A stretch of DNA of 64,000 nt from Lingula anatina (taxonomy: Eukaryota > Animalia > Brachiopoda). Position 1 is the stretch's first letter. Every line of letters begins with the position of its first letter. The stretch is taken from NCBI GenBank assembly GCA_051362555.1, contig CM120641.1, forward strand, positions 31,688,401-31,752,400. The letters run 5' to 3'. The position numbers and the translations under genes were made by a program. A model generated the notes under the pieces. That model had not been told where the DNA came from and did not search any database. It was given only the letters and a program-made list of their open reading frames with translations. Shown here in pieces: positions 26,201-38,200 of the stretch.

Positions 26201-29200
26201 AAAAGTGAAAAAACAGCATAACTTCCATAAAATTGGTCGTGTTATCGGTGAAAGTGCACGGTGACGGCAACAATGACAAAGGCAGTGATGGCTATATGTA
26301 CAGACACATCTGTGTCTGTGCATATATATAATAAGATATGTGCATATCAGATAACATACATGTAAAAATTGCACATGACAATTCACAGCCTTGCAGGAAT
26401 TCTTTTCCCTTGACCCTCTTTGCTAAATTGATGCAGCATACATTTCAAAACAAGAGTTCCACTTCCGGTAGACTGTTTCGAGACTACAGTGAGTAACGAG
26501 AGAACTAACGACCGAAATTTACGACTAAACTTAGCGATGAGTTAACGGCTGCTTCATGAAACACCTCTCGAAAATTGCTAAATTTGCTCGTTAGTGAGGT
26601 AGTTCAGTTGTTCTAACTAACTACTGCTTTGTGAAACCGGCCCCTGCTTTGCCAGCAGTTTGTTCTTTTCATTGCAAAGTTTCATTTAGAAGGATATCAA
26701 TGTGACTTGCCACTTTTTTGTCCTACTATCTTCTATTTACTATCTACTGTTTCAATTCCATTGCAATGACCATGGAACTATCTCATGGGTTATAGTCACA
26801 TATTTTTGCTTGGCTAATACTTGCCTCTGTTCAATAATGGGGCCTTAACACACACTTAAGGTTCTTTTGTTATCAGCTCTCTTTTGTTATGAGCTCTCTA
26901 TAGACCTTTTATATCTTTTCTGGAAATGGAAATTGCATTGTGGGTAGGGGAGTCCTGCTATGTCGAAACACTTACAGCGGTGTAAATGCATAACCTGCAT
27001 GCAACCAGATAAATAAACTAACATGCCTCCTCCTGGTGTTGAGTACAATACAGTGAAAATGTTGATTATACTAGTGTGTTGGAAACAAAAGGGTGCATAT
27101 TAATCTGCTGGCATTCAGCAAGAATCCCCATGGAGTTACTACACACAAAACAGGGGCAGATTTAGGCTGTTTTCTGGGTCTTCCGGAAGATGGTCAGATT
27201 TTCAAGTTTACATTGACGGGTATCTAATTTTTTCTGTTGGAAGACGGTCAAAAAATTGGAGGGTGGATAAAAAATTTTAATATGGAAGACTGTCAGAAAA
27301 TATTTCTGGATCCGCCCCTGCAAAAGCTAGGCACCCTAACTAATTCTGAATGTCCCTTTATATTGTCTTGATTACACTTACTTACCTTTTTAGCCACAGA
27401 AGTGCTTGTGTAGCAGAATTTGAAAGCTGGCTTTGTCCCACACTTTTCTCATATAGAACTATAGCTTGGAGAGTGCTGAATGCTGTAGGGTTTGTTTTAT
27501 ATTTCTCATTTATTTTCTGAAAACATAACAAAAAAGTTGTCTCTACTTAATATAATTTTTGTTGCCCTTACTACTTATCATACAGTTGACAGATTTAATT
27601 TGAAGACAACGCACTGCTAACACGTTAAGTGATCAGAAAAATCATCTAATACCTAACTACGCCCCCTTTTAATGAATGATCGCCGTGGGAAGAAGACAAT
27701 GCAACCATAAGTAACTAGAGGATCAGAGAGGCGATACCGCCTCCGAATATTGTACCACCAACTGGAGTAAGCGCATTCGTATAGACCCCCCCACAAAAAA
27801 AAGGACACCACCACCAGTCTTGTGCTTGACAAGCTGTAAAAAATGCAATCAACAAGAATTCTCAAAATATGCAAAAATATATATAACTAAAAATGGTACA
27901 ATCAAAGTTCAGTTCATCGTAAGGTAGGTCAAAGGTCAATTTCAAAGTCACACTTAGATTGCCAGTATATGACTTCCTATTCAAATTCAAAAGTAACTAT
28001 GGGCGTATCTTTGCCAGTTTTGGAGATAAAAGGGAACCAAAATTTGCAAAGTTAAGTTCATGGTGAAAAGTAGATCAAAGGTCAATTTTAAGGTCACATT
28101 AAGATTGCCAGTATATGACTTCCTATTCAAGTTAAATAGTAACTATGGACCTAAATTTGCAAAGTTAAGTTCATGGTGAAAAGTAGATCAAAGGTCAATT
28201 TTAAGGTCACATTAAGATTGCCAGTATATGACTTCCTATTCAAGTTAAATAGTAACTATGAAACTCTTCCAGTTTTGGAGATAAAAGGGAATGAAAATTT
28301 GCAAAGTTCAATTCATAATGAAAAGTAGGTCAAAGGTCAATTTCAAGGTCACATTAAGATTGCCAGTATATGACTTCCTATTCAACTTCAATAGTAACTA
28401 TGGACCTATCTCTGCCAGTTTTGGAGATAAAAGGGAACCAAAATTTGCAAAGTTCAATTCATGATAAAAAGTAGGTCAAAGGTCAATTTCAAGGTCACAT
28501 TTAGATTGTATATGACTTCCTATTCAACTTCAATAGTAACTATGGACTTATCTCTGCCAGTTTTGGAGATATAAGGGACTAAATGTTATAATTTTGGAGT
28601 TACAATAATGTGCTATAAATTCCCTACAGAAAAAATTAATTAAAATAAAGAAAAGGTCATTTTGGTTGAAATTCTTGAAATGAGAGGTGCTCAGAAGTTC
28701 CAGATGTTCAAATTTCATGAAATAATGTCATTTTTGACCAGAAGTTGTCTGCCTCTCCAAGCCTTATGTTTTATTTTCCCGGGGTTCAAAATTTTATCCA
28801 TTATCCATTACCGTACTGCACATTTTGCTTTCACCACCAATATGTATGTGAAAACCCTATGGAATACAAAAAAATGGAGACCACCTGCAGTGTTGGGCTG
28901 TATATGCTCTACAAAATGCAAAAAAGAATGGGTCTCTAGCATTAAGGGTTCCCAAATTAGAGACAGTTTTCAGTTTCGGTATCTTATGGCTGCTACTCCC
29001 GTGAAAATGCACCGATTGACCCCAAATTCACAGAGATGAAAGATGACCCGAAGGGTAACACTTTCCAATAATATTATTGGTTAAGTCTGTGTAGTGTCTG
29101 AATAACAGCGCAAATAATTTTTTTTCGTAAAAAATTTCATTTTTTTTGAAAATTTTGGCCCATCTGACCTTGAAATAAAGGTCAAAGGTCAAATCCAAGG

Positions 29201-32200
29201 GCATATTTGAAATCTACACATATGGCTTTTGGAAAGCCATCTGTAGAAATTTTTCCCATAATTCCTTCCGTAGGGTAGATAATTAGCATTAAATTTTGCC
29301 ATTTTTGGACAAGGGTGCATTGCAATGAGTGCCACACCTAGACCCCAATACCGACAAAGCCCAAATTTTACGTGGAACGAGTTGAGATTATAGGTGACCT
29401 AAATCCAAGAGATGGGTACGGAGGCCCTTACCATCTAGGAGGAGAAGCGGTAACAGTAACATGGTGGCGGAGCTGACAGAGCCGGCGGAACGATCCGGAC
29501 GGGACTAAAACTATGTGTACCCCCAGCGCCAACGATGGTGGTACAATTAATGCATTGGCATCAAGGTGAAACAATGATGTTTTTTCTCAAGCCAGCACGT
29601 AGCACGAGCCTTGTCAAAATAAGCTGTTGAAGCCGTAGCAGGATGCCAACACCACTTTATCTTTGGCTGTTATGTAATCCGGTAAAGGGCGCATGGCTCA
29701 TTGAATCAGCTAATAAGATCGCTTCAGTTAATTATAAATAAGCTTGTGGATCTTGAACATCGTTTCAGGCCACCATTCACAGTAAATTTATTTCCAAAAC
29801 AACAAGCATTTAACTCAAGACATACGCAATGCGATCCTCAGGCCACTATTGTTCTAACTCACAAAGGCCGGTATTTTCACCCCGTTTATCAGGTTCATCA
29901 TCCTGTTTATTTAAATGAATGTACGGGAGTACTTTTCTATTGATGATGATGTCCTGCTCACAGTTTGTGGCTAAAAGTGAGCTGAATTAGGCTGAGTAAG
30001 AGTAGTATTTATCTCTACTGGGTCCCAACGGCTTAAGTTTTAATCCCCTATAATTAACGCACCGATAATAGCCATAAGAATAATAATAACTAGAGGATCA
30101 GAGAGGCGATACCGCCTCCGAATATTGTACCACCAGCTGGAGCAAGCGCATTGGTATAGACCCCCACATACACAAAATAAGGGACACAGCCACCAGTCTT
30201 ATGCTTGACAAGCTATAAAAATGCAATCAACAAGAATTTTCAAAATACGCAAAAAATATATATAACTTAAAATGGTACAATCAAAGTTAAGTTCATCGTA
30301 AGGTAGGTCAAAGGTCAATTTCAAGGTCACAGTAAATTGCCAGTATATGACTTCCTGTTCAACTTCAATAGTAACTATGGACCTATCTCTGCCAGGTTTG
30401 GAGTTAAAAGAGAAAGAAATTAGCAGAGTTCAGTTCATGATTATAAGTAGGTCAAAGGTCAATTTCAAGATCACACTTAGATTGCCAGTATATGACTTCC
30501 TATTCAACTTCAATAGTAACTATGGACCTATCTCGCTAGTTTTGGAAATAAAAGGGAACCAAAATTTGCAAAGTTCAATTCATGATAAAAAGTAGGTCAA
30601 AGGTCAATTTCAAGGTCACATTTAGATTGCCAGTATATGACTTCCTATTCAACTTCAAAAGTAACTATGGACCTATCTCTGCCAGTTTTGGAGATAAAAG
30701 GGAACCAAAATTTGCAAAGTTCAATTTATGGTGAAAAGTAGGTCAAAGGTCAATTTCAAGGTCACAGTAAGGTTGCCAGTATATGACGTCCTATTCAACT
30801 TCAATAGTAACTATGGACCTATCTCTGCCAGTTTTGGAGATATAAGGGACTAAGGCTTCGTTCACATGGAATGTCTATTTTCTAAAAATCTATTTTCTAT
30901 TCGCGCTATCTTATGATCACAGTCTATGCCCTGAATATCCCGCAGCGTAATTACTGGCAGCGCGAGCCAGTTACTTAAAGTAACACATGCCGCGAATAGA
31001 AAATAGAATTTAGAAAATAGACATTGCATGTGAACGAAGCCTAAATGTTATAATTTTGGAGTTACCATAATGTGCCATAAATTTCCTACAGAAAAAATTA
31101 ATTAAAATAAAGAAAAGGTCATTTTGGTCAAAATTCTTGAAATGGGAGGTGCTCTGAAGTTCCAGATGTTCAAATTTGATGAAATAATGTCATTTTTGAC
31201 CACAAGTTGCCTGCTTTGCCAAGCCTTATGTTTTATTTTTCCGGAGCTCAAAATTTATTATCCATTACCGTACTGCACATTTTGCTTTAACCACCAAAAT
31301 GTACTTTTTGATACAGCATAACTTTGGAGATAAAAGGGAAGCAAAATTTGCAAAGTTCAGTTCATGATGAAAAGTAGGTCAAAGGTCAATTTCAAGGTCA
31401 CAGTAAGATTGCCAGTATATGACTTCCTATTCAAGTTCAATAGTAACTATGGACCTATCTCTGCCAGTTTTGGAGATAAAAGGGAACCAAAATTTGCAAA
31501 GTTCAATTCATGATAAAAAGTAGGTCAAAGGTCAATTTCAAGGTTACATTTAGATTGCCAGTATATGACTTCCTATTCAACTTCAATAGTAACTATGGAC
31601 CTATCTCTGCCAGGTTTGGAGTTAAAAGAGAAAGAAATTAGCAGAGTTCAGTTCATGGTGAAAAGTAAGTCAAAGGTCAATTTTAAGGTCACATTTAGAT
31701 TGCCAGTATATGACTTCCTATTCAACTTCAATAGTAACTATGGACCTATCTCTGCTAGTTTTGGAGAAAAAAGGGAAGCAAAATTTCCAAAGTTCAGTTC
31801 ATGGTGAAAAGTAGGTCAAAGGTCAATTTTAGAGTCACATTTAGATTGCCAGTATATGACTTCATATTCAAGTTCAATAGAAACTATGGACCTATCTCTG
31901 CCAGTTTGGGAGATAAAAGGGAGGCAAAATTTGCAAAGTTCAGTTCATGGTGAAAAGTAGGTCAAAGGTCAATTTTAAGGTCACATTTAGATTGCCAGTA
32001 TATGACTTCCTATTCAACTTCAATAGTAACTATGGACCTATCTCTGCCAGTTTTGGAGATAAAAGGGAAGCAAAATTTGCAAAGTTCAATTTATGGTGAA
32101 AAGTAGGTCAAAGGTCAATTTCAAGGTCACAGTAAGATTGCCAGTATATGACTTCCTATTCAACTTCAATAGTAACTATGGACCTATCTCTGCCAGTTTT

Positions 32201-35200
32201 GGAGATATATGGGACTAAATGTTATAATTTCGGAGTTACCTTAATGTGCCATAAATTTCCTACAGAAAAAATTAATTTAAATAAAGAAAAGGTCATTTTG
32301 GTCAAAATTCTTGAAATGGGAGGTGCTCTGAAGTTTCAGAAGTTCAAATTTGATGAAATAATGTCATTTTTGACCACAAGTTGTCTGCTTTGCCAAGCCT
32401 TATGTTTTATTTTTCCAGAGTTCAAAATTTATTATCCATTACCGTACTGCACATTTTGCTTTCACCACCAATATGTACTTTTTGATACAGCGTAACTCGA
32501 AAACCGTATGGAATACAAAAAAACGAAGACCACCTCCAGTGTTGGGCTTTACATGCTCTACAAAATGCAAAAAAGAATGGGTCTCTAGCATTAACGGTTC
32601 CCGAATTAGAGACAGTTTTCAGTTTCGGTATCTTATGGCCGCTACACCCGTGAAAATGCACCGATTGACCCCAAATTCACACAGATGAAAGATGACCTGA
32701 AGGGTAACATTTTCCAATAATATTATTGGTTAAGTCTGTGTGGTGTCTGAATAACAGCACAAATAAATTTTTTTTCGTAAAAAAATTCATTTTTTTGAAA
32801 ATTTTGGCCCGTTTGACCTTGAAATAAAGGTCAAAGGTCAAATCCAAGGGCATATTTGAAATCTACACATATGACTTTTGGAAAGCCGTCTGTAGAAATT
32901 TTTCCCATAATTCCTTCCGTAGGGTAGATAATTAGCATTTAATTTTGCCATTTTTGGACAAGGGTGCATTGCAATGAGTGCCACACCTAGACCCCAATAC
33001 CGACAAAGCCCAAATTTTACGTGGAACGAGTTGAGATTATAGGTGACCTAAATCCAAGAGATGGGTATGGGGGCCCTTACCGTCTAGGAGGAGAAGCGGT
33101 AACGGTAACATGGCGGCGGAGCCGGCGGAGCCGGCGGAGCCGGCGGAGCCGCAGGAGCCGGCGGAACGGACCGGACGGGACTAAAACCATGTGTACCGCC
33201 AGCGCTAACGCTGGTGGTACAATAATATGTATTTATTTGCAACTTCAAAGTTGGATTTTACAAATAATGAGTCTAAACTCCATATTAATATGTTCGTTAC
33301 GACTCCACAAATATGTACACACAAACAACAAGTAGACACAGTGTACCCGATCTCGCCTCCCTGGGGAGGATACAGCCCCGCTGCCGTCTGAGGCGCTGAG
33401 TGCTATCAAACTGACAATATCGTTCTCTGCCTGACCAGGACCCTGCTTCAACCCCTTAGTGCTGAGTGCCAAGCAGGGAGACAGCAGGTACCGTTTATAA
33501 AGGACTGGTATGTCCCCGGACGGGTTTTGAACCCACGTCCTCCCACTCCGGAGGCGGACACTCTAACCACAGGGCCATCCGGTCGGTTATAAGACAAGCA
33601 TAAGCATTATAAACCAAGGCTATTAAAGTGTCTTTGGATTTAATCCTGTAACTGTAAGCCATGTTTCTACAATGCAACCTAAAAAGGATTTGTTCTTCCT
33701 AATGCCATTTTTGAGTTCCATTCAATATATTCCACAAAAGCACCCTTGATAATTATTCTGAAGCAAGGTATTAAAGGAAACATAACTCATCATTTTGGAG
33801 GGTAAACAATGGCTTTCTCATACTTTCCAATATCAATGGTTCATGCATATGTTCCAAAATTCAAAGTCAGTTGATTGTTGCATTGCCTGTAACTTAAACT
33901 GCTTACAATTCACAAAACTTAGGATATGCATGGCCGACTGCAAATGTATATATTTTTATTGAGGGGTTTTATTTCCTCCTCAATCAGGAAAATAGTAAAT
34001 AGTTTAAAGTATTTTGCAAGGTATTTTGGGGATAATTAACCCTGCCTTTATCTTTAAATTACTTAATGAACAATTTCTAAATTACAGGAAAGTACAGCAC
34101 CTGTAAAAAAGGTGAATACTCACACGTATATTACCACTTATGTCCATCTTTACTGGTGCAAATGCTGTGGAACTAAGTTTATCTGAAAATAATTATAAAA
34201 ACAAAAATTATTTAAACCATGCTTCAACTACATTTCAAAGCTGTGTACAATAACTAGAGGATCTAAGAGGCAATACTGCTTCATGGGTGTGTAGCACCAT
34301 CTGCACAGTTATAAACTAATAATTTACAAACAAACCAAAATCATAGCCTCCTTTATGGAGGTGATGATAATAAGAAAATTAATAATAATAATAATGTCTT
34401 TTGCTGTTGTGAATGTTATTTATTTTGACACCAATATTTTCTTTCATCTTGTATTATTTCTTTTTTCAGACAATCTCAAATGACCTGTAACATTATCTGT
34501 CAAATTCCTCAACTAAAACAATCCATTTTGCCCAGCCCTTTGCCAAAAATTAAATATATGGCAGACATCAGTAAGGATTCAAGGTTATTAACCATATATA
34601 CAAACCATGGAAAGATCTATCGGAGTCCAGAAAGACCTGTACCTCTGCTTCATTGATTACTCAAAAGCGTTCGACAAAGTATGACACTCTGACTTGTTTA
34701 ATATTCTGGCAGGGCTATACATCGATGGGAAAGATCTTCGATCCCTCAGAAACACAGGAAGCAGCCATTAGAGTCAACAATGACATCAAGCAATATAGAC
34801 CAATCTGCAGGGGTGTGAGGCAGGGCTGCGTGTTCTTACCCGATTTACTTAACGTATATAGTGACATAATTCTACGAAATATTGAGAACCATGAGGGAAT
34901 TAGTGTAGGTGGCCACAACATCAACAACCTGAGATATGCAGATGCCACAGTCCTTATCGCCGACTCTGAAGAAAAACTGCAAAAGATTCTAACAACAGTA
35001 ACAGACGAAAGCGAAAAGAAAGGATTACAGCTCAATGCAAAGAAGACAGAATGCATAGTGATCTCAAAAAAAGCTGTTATACCACAATGCAACATAGCCT
35101 GTAAAGGAGACAGAATCAGACAATAAAACACCTTTAAATACATTGCTTGTACTATCACCCCAGATGGCAAGTGTGACACAGAAATCAAGAAGAGAATCGG

Positions 35201-38200
35201 ACAATCTAAGGCAACTTTTAAAAACATGAAATGCATTTTTACCAACAATAAGATAAGTCTCAAGACAAAGATCCATGTTATGAGAGCCTACGTGTGGTCC
35301 ATTCTTCTATACGGATGTGAATGCTGGACCCTAACTAAGGACACAGAACAGCAATTAGAAGCAGTGGAGATATGGTTCATCTGGAGAATCATGAAAGTCT
35401 CATGGACAGAAAGAAAAACAAATGCAGAAGTAATGGACATGGCTAGATACAAGAGATCCTTTCTTAACAACATCAGAGAAAGACAGCTCAAAATTTTCAG
35501 CCATATAATCAGGGCTGGCGGACTACAGAAACTGATATGGAGTGGCAAAATATGTGGAAAAAAGAGCAGAGGAACACGACGCACAAAATTCACAGACAGC
35601 TTAAACAAATTTGCAACGAATAAAGAGGGCACCAACAATGAGCTCATGAGGAAGACCAAGAATGGGGAAGAATGGAGAGCCATGATCGTCGATGTCTGCA
35701 AGACCAGACTGGACACTTGAAGAGAGAGAGAGATACAAACCAATGGCAACAATTGTCCATTTTTTTTTATTCTGTTGTGCGCATGAAAGTTGCTATAATA
35801 TGACAGTGACATTTCACAAGTTGGAGACATCACAAAAGACTTAAGGCTCATTCCTAATAGAATTATTATTCTACCTAAATCAATCTAACTCCATTGATGC
35901 TAGTGATCGGTCCTTCATATCTGTGAACCAAACTGTACCTTAGGCAAAACTCCAACTGTAGTATAGTAAGCAACTTCTAAAACTAGAGAATCAGAGAGGC
36001 GATACCGCCTCTGGGTATTGTACCACCACATTCAGTCACTATGCTGTTTTGCTGACCTCAGCCAAATTAAGTCAATTATCGATAATACTGTTTTTAAAGC
36101 AGCAGCAAATAGCAAGCAAAATTAAACAAGGCAGCAAAGCTGTCAAATGAACAGACAAAAACAGAAAATAAAAATGCAGAAAATGGTTCATTTTGTCAAT
36201 TTTGATGCAATAATAAATCATGCCTACAATAGCACTGTCAATCAACACTGAATTTTAATCATGCACAACAGGTGACATCGTCAATAACAGGAGCGGATCC
36301 AGAGATATTTTCTGACAGTATTCCAAATTATCTTTGTTGATCCATCCTACATTTTTGATGGTCTTCCAACAGAAAAAACAGATACCCATCAATGTGAACT
36401 TTAAAATCTGAAAGATCCAGAAGACGGCCTCAATCCGCCCCTGCAATAAGATTATAGTTTCAGGACCAAATTCACATAATGAAAATCCCAATATTTGAAT
36501 AATGATGACAGTGCATAAAATAATATTACATAATGTTTAAAGACATAAAAACCAATGCAACTGCTTATGTGGAAATACAGAAAATGTGAAGAGCTTCAGG
36601 TGGATGGGAGCTGAAAATGCCAGTGTTTGAAAAATAAATTAAAAAGAAAGCACAACAAAAATATCCCATTAAAGCTGCTATTCAAATTTTAATCTTGCTG
36701 TAATAACATGATATGAATAACCCCAATGTGTTTGAGGATAATAAGGCACTGTTATTCAAATATTTTTTTTCTTTTGTTAACTTATTTGCAATATTAAACA
36801 ACATTTACCTGCATAATTATCACAGATTCCTAATTATGTAACACATTTCAGAGAGATTAACCTATGGGACTTTACTGGGAAATCTCAACGTGTGTTTTAT
36901 GTAATCTTATTTAATGGGCACTTGGAAATTAATAAGGCAAATGATTTTATAGCTCTGAATTTAGCTTGTGACTACCCCAAGGGACAATTACCACCATCCA
37001 TAAACAGTAGCCCCATACAGCACTCTATAGAGCTGCATTGCTTCCAAAACAGAAAACAATCACACTGATTTTCCAACACAAACTGCACGTCAGTCTTACG
37101 AAACTTTTCAGTAAGTTTTAGTATCATAAGGAACATGGTTTTTCCTTAATGGTCATTCTGGCAGCCATTTCCAAAATAGGGTTTTCTTCAACTTTTATGC
37201 AATATAACATAATGACCATCAATTTTTAATAATAAAATAAAAGTATCATGGATATACAGAAAAAGTTCAGAGTCACACTTTCAAAATGCCAAAATGTATA
37301 CAAGAGATAACTGTATTGAATTGATTTTCTTTCCATTTTCAACACCTTTTTTTTCATATAAGGCCACACTTTTTTATTTTTATGGATGACATCCTCTGGG
37401 GACCCCAAAATCGGTGCGAGCGGGCGAAAAAAAAAAACAGTCCAAAAAAAAAATGCTTAAGAAAAGTTATGTTTTCAGTACACAGTTTTCAGAAACACTA
37501 ATTTACCACAGAAACACGTATCAAACTAACAACATGTCTTTATCCATGCTCTCAAAATATTAAAGCATTGTGAATAGGGCCTACTTCGTAGAAAGGTAAA
37601 AAGTCATGAATATATATATGCTGCATTTTACCAAATCTATTTAAGGTTATTTCATGCATTCTGTTGGTATAGCAATCAATAAAACAAATATCAAATAAAC
37701 AGAGTGTCTTTATTTGCACTCTCAGAAAATTTAAGCATTGTGAACACTTCACAGAATTGTTAAAAAATGAAGCAAAGATAGGCCTATGCTTCCTACTACC
37801 AAATCTAAAAAAGGTAATTTCGGTCGATGCCATTTTGTCTACTTCGACTCACACGTAGCAGCCAACTATTGGGTGGCCTGTCCGACCTTCAGTCCACCAA
37901 ATACCACGACGCTCTTGTCGACCCTTTTTTCGCTACAAAAAAAACCTTGGTAAGCCTATGTGCTGCTTTGGACAGAATGTCACTGAAATTTTCCGGGCGA
38001 TGATCGCTGGCCGCGGCCAGCCTTTCGTATAATTGTAAAAAGGTGATATCTCCATGTCCAATATCAATGGCAAACCAATCCAAAACGACGGCCCCCGTTC
38101 TCTTTATGACTTTAATTGTCGTGTATTTTGAAATTAATGCTAGAGATGAATTTGATGGCCAAGCGGCCATATTTCCACGTGGTGATAATACACATGCGCA

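Larger units (their letters stand above)
22021..26323 (-). mobile_element. HINE family B copy containing a nested HINE-A and a mini-MITE
   Basis: Starts acaaggcaacaaagctgtcaaatgtacag; ~161-bp units; ends in hairpin atgtacagacacatctgtgtctgtgcat. Confidence 0.7.

Noticed and set aside
10206-33335. Recurrent ORFs (VRLPVYDFLFKFNSNYG, MVKILEMGG, RRSRRS, PAAPPAP) as a gene family
   Set aside because: They are chance frames in HINE repeats; the unit length is not a multiple of 3, frames break between copies, and the Arg/Pro runs come from a 9-bp microsatellite.
33510-33587. tRNA gene
   Set aside because: A and B boxes are present, but the head continues into a SINE core and tail with no convincing acceptor stem or T-run terminator.
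34715-35851. Long minus-strand ORFs (182 and 187 aa)
   Set aside because: Antisense shadows of the RTE reverse-transcriptase frame.
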